64,000 bases of DNA from an uncultured Acidobacteriota bacterium. Its GTDB lineage: Bacteria > Acidobacteriota > Thermoanaerobaculia > Multivoradales > JAHEKO01. The stretch's first letter is position 1; the number at the start of each line of letters is the position of its first letter. The stretch is taken from NCBI GenBank assembly GCA_963713825.1, contig CAVQNG010000001.1:128001-192000 (forward strand). Direction: 5' to 3'. A program made the position numbers and the translations under genes. Shown here one piece after another: positions 1-9,420 of the stretch. The notes under the pieces were generated by a model. That model searched no databases, was not told the origin of the DNA, and saw only the letters and a list, made by a program, of their open reading frames with translations.

Positions 1-109
1 CCTCACCCTTCATGCCGAGTTTCCAGTCTCCAGTCAGAGGTAAAGAGCAGTTGGTGCTACTCTCATTCGCGATGAGTCGTCAGGATTTCGTTGTCGAATA
101 GGGGGCGTC

Positions 110-2239
110 GTGAGAACTGAAATCACTACCTTCGTGCTCTTGTCGTGTTGCTCATTGATTCTGCAGACCACTCCTTCGAGGGCGGAGGAGGGCGAAGCGC
201 CAAAGGAGAGCTCGGTGTCCTTTGTCGGACCCGACTTCAAAGATGTGATCAGCCTCCGAACCGCCGGTTCTCCCAGGGTCTCTCCGGATGGAACTGCGGT
301 TCTGTACACAGTCAGGGAGGCAGATTGGGAAGGCAATCGATTCGACACGGAAATCTGGCTTGCCAGGGAGGGTGAGGAGCCGTTCCCACTGACGCGTACC
401 AAGGACAACAGCAGCTCGGACGCGCGGTGGTCTCCCGACGGCAAGAAGGTGGCATTTCTCGCCGACAGAGGCGACGGCTCACAGATCTGGCTGATCTCAC
501 CATGGGGAGGGGAGGCCCGGGCGCTGACAGCGGTCGAGGACGGAGTCGCGGGGTTCGAGTGGTCCCCGCACGGGACCCGATTGGCTGTTGCGGTCACCGA
601 TCCACAAGACTCCGACCGCAAGAAGCTGGAAGAAGCTCTTGGCAGTTTCTCGTTGGAGGACCAGGATTTCCAGAACACGCACTTGTGGCTGCTGGACGTG
701 GAGGGTGCGCTTGCCACTGCGGCCGGTGCCGAGCTCCCCGATGAAGAGGACGCGAGCGACGAGGTGGCCGCAGGAGAAGAACAGGAGGACCCCGAAGAAG
801 ACATCCCCTCGCCATTTTCGCGGCTGACCGGTGGCAGCGAGTTCACGGTGGACACCTATCGGTGGTCTCCTGATGGCAATTGGATTGCGTTCGACCACAT
901 GCCGGATCCCCGCATCGAGTCCTCCAGTCGTGCCGATATCTCGATCCTCGAGGTCGAGACGGGGGAGATTCGACCTCTGGTGACGCAGCCAGGGCCCGAT
1001 AGTGACCCATGGTGGTCACCTGACGGTGAGTGGGTTGTATTTTCTACCGGTGACGGTGATCCTGCGTACTATCTGAATACGGAGGTCGCCAAGGTACCTG
1101 CGGCCGGGGGCGATATCGATGTACTGACGGAGGCTTTCGATGAGAATGCGAGAGCCGTGGCCTGGCTGGACGACGGTATCCGTTTTCTCGCTCTCGATAG
1201 GACGACCCGGAACCTGTACAGGCTCGATCCGGGTACTGGAGCTGTCGAGAAGGTGAGCATCGAAGGCGCCCCACTCATCCTGTGGTCGGTGGACTTTTCG
1301 AAGAACGGACAGACGATGGCTTTTCAGGCCGAAGGCGTGGACACCCTCGATGAGGTGTACCGTGTCGAGGCCGGCAGCACCAGAGCGCTGCGGGTCAGCA
1401 GCACCACCGAGCAGACGAACGGCTGGTCGGTCGGCAACCGTGATGTGATCGAGTGGGAGAGCCAGGACGGAGCCATGGTCGAAGGCGTCTTGCTGACACC
1501 CGACGACTTCGATTCGGGCGTCGAGCACCCTCTACTGGTCATCATTCATGGGGGCCCTGCGTGGCTCTCGTTCCCGGCCCTCGCCTACACCTACGTTTAC
1601 CCTGTCCAGCAGTGGCTCGAAAAGGGAGCGGTGATCCTGATGCCCAACTATCGCGGTTCGGCGGGCTACGGTGAGACCTTTCGTTCGCTGAACGTTCGCA
1701 ATCTGGGTGTCGGGGACGCATGGGACGTGTTGTCCGGAGTCGATCACCTTGTGGCCCAGGGATTCGTGGATACCGATCGCATGGCTGCGATGGGTTGGAG
1801 CCAGGGGGGATACATCTCGGCTTTCCTGACCACCTCCAGCGACCGCTTTGCGGCGATCTCGGTCGGGGCCGGTATCTCGAACTGGATGACCTACTACGTC
1901 AACACCGACATCCACCCCTTCACCCGCCATTACCTCGAAAGCACGCCCTGGAGCGACCCCGAGATCTACGCCAAGACCTCGCCCATGACGTATATCAACT
2001 CCGCCTCGACACCGACCCTGATCCAACACGGTGAGCTCGACCGCCGTGTGCCCACGCCCAACGCCTACGAGCTCTATCAGGGGCTCCAGGATGTCGGCGT
2101 GCCGGTGGACCTGGTGATCTACAAGGGCTTCGGACACGGCATCCGCAAGCCCAAAGAGCTGCTCGCGGCCGTGTGGCACAACTGGCAGTTCTTCGCCAGA
2201 TGGATCTGGGACGAGGACGTGGTCATCCCAACGGAGTAG
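110..2239 (+). CDS. Secreted S9 family (prolyl oligopeptidase/acylaminoacyl peptidase-like) serine peptidase
   Basis: N-terminal signal peptide; repeated WSPDG beta-propeller (PD40-like) motifs; IHGGP, NYRGS, GWSQGG nucleophile elbow, HGELDRRVP (Asp) and GFGHGI (His). Confidence 0.93.
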   Translation: MRTEITTFVLLSCCSLILQTTPSRAEEGEAPKESSVSFVGPDFKDVISLRTAGSPRVSPDGTAVLYTVREADWEGNRFDTEIWLAREGEEPFPLTRTKDNSSSDARWSPDGKKVAFLADRGDGSQIWLISPWGGEARALTAVEDGVAGFEWSPHGTRLAVAVTDPQDSDRKKLEEALGSFSLEDQDFQNTHLWLLDVEGALATAAGAELPDEEDASDEVAAGEEQEDPEEDIPSPFSRLTGGSEFTVDTYRWSPDGNWIAFDHMPDPRIESSSRADISILEVETGEIRPLVTQPGPDSDPWWSPDGEWVVFSTGDGDPAYYLNTEVAKVPAAGGDIDVLTEAFDENARAVAWLDDGIRFLALDRTTRNLYRLDPGTGAVEKVSIEGAPLILWSVDFSKNGQTMAFQAEGVDTLDEVYRVEAGSTRALRVSSTTEQTNGWSVGNRDVIEWESQDGAMVEGVLLTPDDFDSGVEHPLLVIIHGGPAWLSFPALAYTYVYPVQQWLEKGAVILMPNYRGSAGYGETFRSLNVRNLGVGDAWDVLSGVDHLVAQGFVDTDRMAAMGWSQGGYISAFLTTSSDRFAAISVGAGISNWMTYYVNTDIHPFTRHYLESTPWSDPEIYAKTSPMTYINSASTPTLIQHGELDRRVPTPNAYELYQGLQDVGVPVDLVIYKGFGHGIRKPKELLAAVWHNWQFFARWIWDEDVVIPTE

Positions 2240-2367
2240 GTCTTCGAACGGCGCCCTACATCGCTTCCAGGCGGTCTCCTCGAGTCGATGTGAGCCCTTG
2301 CTTGATCAGCTTCTCGTCGTCGTGTTCGCTAGTGGGTACCTGGACCTGGGTCCCTCGTGGCACGGCA

Positions 2368-3096
2368 TCAGACCAAGCTCCGGATGACAAGTGCGGCGTA
2401 ACTGTGAGTTCCCTCGATCAGGTGGGCGCTGAACCGCTGCGGTCCGCCATGGTCAGGGGGCGCATCCACGACACGCAGAGTCGGGTCCAACGCGAATTCG
2501 AAGGCGTCGAGGCCATAGGGTAATCCCTCCCCGATGGATTTCAACGCCGCTTCCTTCAGGCTCCAGAATTGGAGGAAGGTCCGCCGGCTCGCCAGGCCGC
2601 CTGGTCCTTCAACGACCTTGGCCTCGGCCACCGAAAAGAACTGCTGAGCGAGCTCTGTAGCCTCCAGGTTTCTCGATCGATCTTCGATGTCGACACCGAC
2701 CCCATGCGTCGACGACCATGCCCCGAGAAGACCGAAGCGGCAAGAGGAAAAACTAAACCAACATCTCGGCAAGTCGGACAGGTGCGGACGGCCGTTTTCT
2801 GTCTCGTCGAAAGCGATCTGCGACAGGGGCTGTGACGATTCGAGCGCACGAGCGCCGCAGAAACGGCGAAACGCCCGGCGTTGTTGGAACCGGGCCTTGT
2901 CACCTTGTGTGACGAAGCGATCGGCCCTGTGCGACTCGGAATCTGACAGGACTGATGCGCAACGCCTCGTTACCTCTGGATCGCGCGACACCGGCGCATA
3001 CAACACGTGAGCGGCGTGACGCGCCGGCGCCGGTGTCAGATCGCGAGAACAAGCGGCGAAATAGTCCTTGATCGGATCGCTACCGTTTCTGGTCAT
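2368..3096 (-). CDS. 4'-phosphopantetheinyl transferase, Sfp type
   Basis: NGRP, GVGVDIE, FFSVAE and FWSLKEAALKSIGEGL motifs; 242 aa; 49 bp downstream of the NRPS on the same strand. Confidence 0.9.
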   Translation of the reverse strand: MTRNGSDPIKDYFAACSRDLTPAPARHAAHVLYAPVSRDPEVTRRCASVLSDSESHRADRFVTQGDKARFQQRRAFRRFCGARALESSQPLSQIAFDETENGRPHLSDLPRCWFSFSSCRFGLLGAWSSTHGVGVDIEDRSRNLEATELAQQFFSVAEAKVVEGPGGLASRRTFLQFWSLKEAALKSIGEGLPYGLDAFEFALDPTLRVVDAPPDHGGPQRFSAHLIEGTHSYAALVIRSLV

Positions 3097-3145
3097 CTGA
3101 ATCGAAGAGCCTTTGGACTGGCTGAGAGACTAGGGGAGGCGAGAG

Positions 3146-6100
3146 TCAATCCTCTCCCACCGGCTCCGCGGGGCTGCCTTCGTATGTGGCAGTGGACAGG
3201 TGCATCTCCTTGAGGACCATGCTCAACGGTAAGAGCGTTGTCTCAGGCTCGATGACCGCACCGCCCATTACCGTGGCGCCGAAGCTGATGGTGCTGCCGT
3301 CCTGGATTTCGGTCAGCTTCACTTTCAGCATCATGTTCTCGAAGGTGTGAAACTGCAGCAAACCGTTGACCACGCAATCGTCGCCAAATCTCACCGCGTT
3401 CCAATCGTAGGCCTGCAGAGGCGAGGCAAGGATGGTCCGTTTGCCGATCTGACACCCCATCCATCGCAGAACAATATTCGAGAGTGTTGTCCCGGTGAGA
3501 ATCCGCAAGGGTCTTATACACCAGGCGAAGAAGCAATCCTGGGTGAAAAAGTAGGTGTAGTGCCGCCAGGACCAGAACGGTGTCGAGTGCGCAGAGCCCC
3601 ATTCACTGCCGACAAGGACCTTCTTGATCACGGCGCAGAACGCAATCAGGATGACCTCCGCGAGAATCAAAGCAATGAACGCGCTGAGGATCAGGGGCCC
3701 GCCCAACCGCAGCAGGCTGGTGTACAGAATCACATAGACGAGTATGTCGGCGATGCGCAGAATCCCGATGCTGAGAACATCATTCAGGAAGACCCGCGCC
3801 GCGAAGAGGGACAGACTAGGCAGTTTCTGGGCTCTGTTCTCCGCCTCGAAGTCCGCGCTCGCAAACCTGACAGGCGGGTTCCCCGCCACCGTGATCGGCT
3901 CGCCGAGCCGCGATCGCATCTGGCGCCGGAACTGTATGTCATTGCCCAGGGTAGAGGTGCCCAGTAGGAAGTTGGACGGGAATTGCCCGTACTCCGCGAC
4001 GCAGTTGTTACCGCTGAAGAAATTCTCGGGCATGTCGAGCTGGCGGAGCTTGATGTGCTCGGCACCATAGTCGAGCATGTTCGTGAAACAACCATTGGAC
4101 CAGAACACCTGCGAGTCGGCGCTGGCAAGCTCCGGGACGAGGTTGAACATGACGTCGCACTCCGAGGCGCCCAACCGCGGGAAGCGCATGCCAGCGAGTG
4201 CCCGCAGGTATTGCCCAGTGATGGTCCAGGTCCACTGTCTCTGGATCTGGTTCATCTTCTTCAGTCTGTACAAGAGGAGAGAGCCCTTGAGTCCACGCGA
4301 GGAATACAGGCCGGGGGAGGCGGGCGTGCAGCGAAGAAAGAGGCAAACCAGCACTGAGATGAGAACGATGGCGACCCAGGTGGTGATGAAGGCGTAGAGG
4401 CCCATTTGCCAGACGATCTCGTGCAGCGGCGTCACTTTGAAGTATTTGCTGGCGATTTCTGTTTCTTTGACGGGGATGAAGTTGACGGCAATCCAGCTGA
4501 CCACGGCGGTGGGGACTACCATGAGCCAGAAGTCCAGGAAGACATTCATCAGAATGTTGAGCGTCTCCATGACCCAGAACGGGTGCCTGACTTCGCAAGT
4601 CTCGGCGGTGCGCTGCAGTTGGGTGCAACGGCCGCTGAAGCGCGCCGGGGCACCCTCCCACATCTCCTCCGCACCCACATCGCTGAGGATGGGAGTCAAC
4701 GGAGCGATCCAGGTGCCGCGGCCTACCGTCACGTCGTTGGCGATGGCTGCCCGCATGCCGATCTTGCAGCCGCTCTCGAGGTGAACAGGGCCGATGTGCA
4801 GCTCCTGCCCCAACCACCTCGACATGTGCAGGTAGGCTCCGGTCTGGATCGCGACATCGTCCCCGATGGAGAGTAGGTCCAGCGGCCCATTGAACTCCAC
4901 GTCGTGCGCGCACTGCAGGTTGTCACCCACGGTCGTCCCGAGTCGCCGCAACACGTATGCCATAAGGGGGGCGCTGCGGAACATTGTGCGCAGGGGGAAG
5001 AGCACCGAACGTTCCAGCCGCCCGATACACCAGGTTCTCAAGTGCATCCTGCTCCACTTGGGGTAGACACCCGGCGTCACCTTGTTCTTGTACAGGTGAC
5101 CGCCCATGAAGAGCTTGATCCCCATGACCCAGAGCAGGCTGGCGAAGGGCAGGGCAAGGGCAATCAAGTACATCAAGAAGCCGACGCCAATGAACTCCCA
5201 GGGGCCGGCGGTCATGAAGAACTCGCCGATCTCCGAGAAGGCGATGAGCCCCAGGAAGCCGATCAAGGGGGGGGAGTACAACAAGGACAGGAAGAGGACC
5301 TGCAGAGTCGTGAAATATCCCGTGGAGAGCACCCTTGCCGCAGCTTCATCGCGCTCCGTGCTGTTCCGGTCGGTCTTCACCGCAGCCACGGGGGTCTGGG
5401 AGGCCTCCTGGAGTTGCCGTGGGCGACTGGCCACCTTCCGTGCCGTGTCGCAGTCGCTGAGCAGAGCCCGGACCGGGACCGCCCATCCTGCGGTTTGCAG
5501 GCGTTGCGCCAGTCGCGCAATGACGATCGAGTGCCCGCCATGGTCAGCGAACACATCATCCCATTCCAACGAGGTCTCGAACACGGCTCTGCAAATCGTC
5601 AGTACTTCCTCACAGCCCGGTTCCAAGTCCGGATCGGTGTCGGGAGGCGGGGCTATCCCTGAATCTGTGTCGAGCGCTCCCTCTGCTTCCGGCTTGGCGT
5701 TGGTCAGTAGATGAGACAGGTTGGGTAGGCTCCCCCGGTCGATCTTCCCGGACACCGGCTTCATGACGAATTGCTCCACCAGGAAGATCCTCGTCGGGAC
5801 CGCTGGCTCCGGAAGCTGTCTGGCCAGGGTCGCTGTCACCCGGGCAGCCCACTCCGCTGGCGCAGGAGCGACCACCGAGATATCAGCCTTGGAGATCGAC
5901 GGAGCACTTACGAAGGCAACCAGCTCCTCATTCTGATAGTCCAACACAGCTGCTTCGATTTCCCCGAACTGCGTTTGGAGTATGTCCTCAACCGCTTGCG
6001 TCTCGACTCGGTGCCCGCGCACCTTGAGCTGTGAGTCGACTCGGCCGAGGAAGTGCACTTGTTGCGTGCGGATATCTATCCTGCATTTATCCCCGGTGCG

Positions 6101-7399
6101 GTAGAGGCGGCCGAACCGAGGGTGCGTGATGAATTTCTGGGCCGTTTGCTCCGGCAAGTTGCGGTAACCGCGCGCTATGTGCACTCCACCAATGCAGAGC
6201 TCGCCGACTTGCCCGTGGGGCAGTGGGCGGAGCTCGTTGACCTCGAGGATGACGTAGGTGACGTTGGCGAAGGGCGAGCCTATGGTAACGGGCTCTCCCG
6301 CTCGCAAGCTCTGGCGGCTCGTGTCGGTGCTCGCCTCGGTGGGACCGTAGGTGTTGATGATCTGTCGTCTGCCACGCGTCCACGGCTCCACGAGCGCGGT
6401 GGGGAAGGCTTCGCCCGCCGGGACGATATAGCGGCACAGCGGGTACGGCAGATCCAGCTCCGGGTCTGGTGTGAGGGTGGTCAGCAGCACTGGGGGACAA
6501 AACAGCACAGTGACCTCGGCTTCACGGAGGACGGGGATGAGGTCCGGACCGGACCGGAACTGCTCCTTGGTCAGCATGACCACGGCACAACCCGACACCC
6601 AGGCGCTGTACATCTCGGAGATGCTGCCGTCGTAACCCAGCGACGAAGTGAGCGAGGTCGCATCCATTCCAGGAATGAGATCGAAGTAGTCGGCATAGGT
6701 CAGTGCCAGGTTCACATAGCCTGCGTGTGGGCACTCGACGCCCTTGGGCATCCCGGTCGTTCCACTGGTGTAGAAGATCGTTGCCAGGCGCTGGGCGGGG
6801 TCGTCCAACCATGACGGCGGCTTTCTTCGGGGGATCCTTTCGGGCAACGCCAGCAAGTCGAGCGTCGGCAGGTCGCGGAACTTGTCTTGCCCCCGCGTGA
6901 GAATGACCACCGGCTGTGCGTCGTCGAGCATGTGGGCTATCAGGGCTTCCGGCAAGGTGGTGTCGAGGAACATCACCGCACCGCCAGCCTTGAGAATGCC
7001 GAGGTGAGAGGCGACGATTTGCCAGTTGTCCTGCGACATGGCCACGGCCACGACCTGGTCCGGACCTGTAAGGAAGGGAGAAAGGGCCGCCGCGACGCTC
7101 TCAGCTCGGACGTCGAGCTCAGCGAAGGTCAGGGACTCCCCGGTGTGGGGAATCTGCAAAGCCGTGAGATTTGGGAACTTCCTGGCGGAGCGGCTGAAGA
7201 TCTCTGTAAGCCACCGGACGCCTTTCTGATGCGGAACGTTCAGGAGATGTCGGTCGCCAAAGACATCCGTCAAGCTGTATGGGCAAACGTCCGCCCGCCC
7301 GTCCGGCACTATCTCCGCCGCCCAGAGGTATCGCCTCCAGGCCACATACGTTAGTAAAAGGAAGACCAGGAAGACGGCTGTAAAGATAATTGCTGCCAA
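3146..7399 (-). CDS. Pls/PosA-type single-module NRPS-like synthetase (N-terminal TM helix, A, T, then membrane segments alternating with three hexapeptide-like C-terminal domains)
   Basis: A-domain cores YTSGTTGMPKG, NTYGPTE, LYRTGD, GRVDSQLKVRGHRVE, SGKIDR; T-domain GGHS; TM pairs alternating with domains ending WEGAPA / VAGNPP / YEGSPA; TTG start preceded by GAGGA. Confidence 0.88.
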   Translation of the reverse strand: MAAIIFTAVFLVFLLLTYVAWRRYLWAAEIVPDGRADVCPYSLTDVFGDRHLLNVPHQKGVRWLTEIFSRSARKFPNLTALQIPHTGESLTFAELDVRAESVAAALSPFLTGPDQVVAVAMSQDNWQIVASHLGILKAGGAVMFLDTTLPEALIAHMLDDAQPVVILTRGQDKFRDLPTLDLLALPERIPRRKPPSWLDDPAQRLATIFYTSGTTGMPKGVECPHAGYVNLALTYADYFDLIPGMDATSLTSSLGYDGSISEMYSAWVSGCAVVMLTKEQFRSGPDLIPVLREAEVTVLFCPPVLLTTLTPDPELDLPYPLCRYIVPAGEAFPTALVEPWTRGRRQIINTYGPTEASTDTSRQSLRAGEPVTIGSPFANVTYVILEVNELRPLPHGQVGELCIGGVHIARGYRNLPEQTAQKFITHPRFGRLYRTGDKCRIDIRTQQVHFLGRVDSQLKVRGHRVETQAVEDILQTQFGEIEAAVLDYQNEELVAFVSAPSISKADISVVAPAPAEWAARVTATLARQLPEPAVPTRIFLVEQFVMKPVSGKIDRGSLPNLSHLLTNAKPEAEGALDTDSGIAPPPDTDPDLEPGCEEVLTICRAVFETSLEWDDVFADHGGHSIVIARLAQRLQTAGWAVPVRALLSDCDTARKVASRPRQLQEASQTPVAAVKTDRNSTERDEAAARVLSTGYFTTLQVLFLSLLYSPPLIGFLGLIAFSEIGEFFMTAGPWEFIGVGFLMYLIALALPFASLLWVMGIKLFMGGHLYKNKVTPGVYPKWSRMHLRTWCIGRLERSVLFPLRTMFRSAPLMAYVLRRLGTTVGDNLQCAHDVEFNGPLDLLSIGDDVAIQTGAYLHMSRWLGQELHIGPVHLESGCKIGMRAAIANDVTVGRGTWIAPLTPILSDVGAEEMWEGAPARFSGRCTQLQRTAETCEVRHPFWVMETLNILMNVFLDFWLMVVPTAVVSWIAVNFIPVKETEIASKYFKVTPLHEIVWQMGLYAFITTWVAIVLISVLVCLFLRCTPASPGLYSSRGLKGSLLLYRLKKMNQIQRQWTWTITGQYLRALAGMRFPRLGASECDVMFNLVPELASADSQVFWSNGCFTNMLDYGAEHIKLRQLDMPENFFSGNNCVAEYGQFPSNFLLGTSTLGNDIQFRRQMRSRLGEPITVAGNPPVRFASADFEAENRAQKLPSLSLFAARVFLNDVLSIGILRIADILVYVILYTSLLRLGGPLILSAFIALILAEVILIAFCAVIKKVLVGSEWGSAHSTPFWSWRHYTYFFTQDCFFAWCIRPLRILTGTTLSNIVLRWMGCQIGKRTILASPLQAYDWNAVRFGDDCVVNGLLQFHTFENMMLKVKLTEIQDGSTISFGATVMGGAVIEPETTLLPLSMVLKEMHLSTATYEGSPAEPVGED

Positions 7400-7493
7400 G
7401 TGCTGTCCTCACATGGCCGTGAAGCCAAGACCCTTGGTAGCCTGGCTCCAACCGCTGAATCTGCCCCTCGTTGCTTTTGGCGACGGGGTGTGG

Positions 7494-8543
7494 TCAATCA
7501 AAGTACCGCTGGAGCGTTCCGTTGCGACGAATGTCCAAGGTTATGCAATGAAATCCACCACCCAGCATCTTAGAGTGCCGCAACTTCAGGCGGATTACAT
7601 CCAGACCGTGCTTCTCCAAGAGCTTGATCAGAGCTGTCTGGTCTTCATCGACTACGACCAGTTTCGGATTGATGCTCAAGACATTCATGTCGATCCAGTT
7701 GCTACCGATGCTCTTGGCTAGATAGTCGGCATCATATCTATCGGTGTTTTCCATCGGTGGACTGTAGATGACTTCCCATTGTCGAAAGATCTCAGGCAGG
7801 GTCTCGTCGTTGATCCGCCCCGGATTGCAGAGGACCAAGCCAGGGCGCAAAGCTGCAAAGGTCGAGTCGATATGGCTGCCATAATAGACATCTTTGAAGA
7901 AGTGAACCCGAAAAGCATCGCCCAGAATTGTCTGCAGCCATTGCCCACCCAGTTCATTGCCCGTGCCGCTGACCAGATAGAGCAAATCCTGGCCGAGACG
8001 CAGGACGTTCGCTGCATCGAAAGCTGGTTCATCGTTCCGTGGTGTGGGCTTGTTCAGATCCACCTCGAACAGCGAGTCCAACAGCATGGGTTTGGGGGCG
8101 CTGAACCACTTGGCTCCCGACCTTAGATAGTCGACCATCATCGAGCGATAGCTGAACGACTCCAAGGCGCGGCTGCGGATGACATTGGGCGTCTCGATAA
8201 TCTGATCGCCGATGACCAGAATGATGTCGCGGGGACAATAGTTGTAGTACCCCTCGGACTCCCAATGGATGGTGGAAAACTTGGCCTCGTGTGGCCATGT
8301 CTCTGGGCGTCTGACGGTGATGCCCAAACCCTCCAGGACGGCAGCAAAGGTATTCAGATCCTCTTCCGTCTCCTCGATGATCCGCTCTGGGAAAGGGCCC
8401 TGCGGAATCTCTTCCAGTGGACGGCCGGGAAATTCTGCCAGTTGGGTACTTCGGTCTGCTGTAGGAAATCTCGCACGCAGCGGATTGCCGACAATCACTT
8501 CTTCCAGTGGATCCCACTCGTTGCAACTCCAAACGACTGACAT
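7494..8543 (-). CDS. L-arginine-dependent amidinotransferase (StrB1/glycine amidinotransferase family)
   Basis: NEWDPLEEVIVG, YCPRD, FDAANVLR (Asp), HIDST (His), GGGFHCITLD (Cys); ATG at 8543 with AAGGA upstream; recalled StrB1 sequence looks colinear (not computed). Confidence 0.92.
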   Translation of the reverse strand: MSVVWSCNEWDPLEEVIVGNPLRARFPTADRSTQLAEFPGRPLEEIPQGPFPERIIEETEEDLNTFAAVLEGLGITVRRPETWPHEAKFSTIHWESEGYYNYCPRDIILVIGDQIIETPNVIRSRALESFSYRSMMVDYLRSGAKWFSAPKPMLLDSLFEVDLNKPTPRNDEPAFDAANVLRLGQDLLYLVSGTGNELGGQWLQTILGDAFRVHFFKDVYYGSHIDSTFAALRPGLVLCNPGRINDETLPEIFRQWEVIYSPPMENTDRYDADYLAKSIGSNWIDMNVLSINPKLVVVDEDQTALIKLLEKHGLDVIRLKLRHSKMLGGGFHCITLDIRRNGTLQRYFD

Positions 8544-8724
8544 ATGAATCAAATCCTTTTTTGTCCGGGGCTAATGAACGCGGCTCATCCGCCGAGTCCA
8601 CGAAGTGGATCCCCACCTTTGCCCCTGATTCCCTGCAGATCCGAGACGCGCCGACACAGCCAAGGCTCCTTCTTTGCCCCGAAGGACCTTGGCTGGCCGA
8701 ACGGATTACTTTAGCCCTTGCAGC

Positions 8725-9129
8725 CTATTCGACGGGTATTGATTCCCACAATGCGCTGTTTGGACAGACAACAAGCTCTCGATTCTCTTGGTCAATTTTC
8801 GAGGCCGGAGAACCCTCGTAGTTGTCCCAGAACAAACCCCACTCCTCAAAACTAGGCGCTACCACAATAAACAACAGGTCAGTTTCACCCATATTGGTGA
8901 CGGCGACCGGGTGATAGACCCAGGCCTCCAGGTTTTCTCCACCCTTCATTCCCTTTGCAGCCTCGAGCCACTTGGCAGCACCTGCTTCCACCTGCTTCTC
9001 AGTTGCATCATCGTCCAGCTCACAGTGGAAGACCTGCGAGACTCTGACCGCATAGGCCGGAGCGGCTGCAACCATCACCACGGCAAAGAGCATCGCGGAA
9101 ACAAGCATCAATCGAATAGCTTTGTTCAT
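8725..9129 (-). CDS. Secreted hypothetical protein with two Cys (possible disulfide)
   Basis: Clear signal peptide ending AYA; GAGGAG RBS; 134 aa. Confidence 0.7.
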   Translation of the reverse strand: MNKAIRLMLVSAMLFAVVMVAAAPAYAVRVSQVFHCELDDDATEKQVEAGAAKWLEAAKGMKGGENLEAWVYHPVAVTNMGETDLLFIVVAPSFEEWGLFWDNYEGSPASKIDQENRELVVCPNSALWESIPVE

Positions 9130-9266
9130 AACCTAATCTCCTCTCGAGTTAGTGTTTCGAAGCAGTATTCCGCACAGCGAAGGGGCCTGCCCCCGAACAA
9201 TTGTGCAAGGTCAGTCTGAACAATAACACCTGACCTGATCCACTGAAGGACACATCTACTTCCGAC

Positions 9267-9420
9267 TTACTTCTCCAGTTCCATCTCTCCGAGCCGCCAG
9301 GTCTTGTCGTACCAGAGCTCGAGCGGACCATAGAGGCGGAAGATTGTGTTCCAGCCCTTGCCGGGAACCGTCTGAACCCAGTTGTTACCCTGGCCCTCAG
9401 GCGCTTCGGGTTGAATGAAG
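9267..9420 (-). pseudogene. C-terminal fragment of a DUF1254/DUF1214 protein
   Basis: PEAPEG..NWVQTVPGKGWNTIFRLYGPLE.WYDKTWR.GE.E is the typical DUF1214 C-terminus; the rest of the gene is absent. Confidence 0.75.

Noticed and set aside
8553-8724. Known guanidine or c-di-GMP riboswitch upstream of the amidinotransferase
   Set aside because: No ACGR twin loops, ykkC 3' tail or GEMM second stem could be matched by eye; kept only as an unassigned structured leader.
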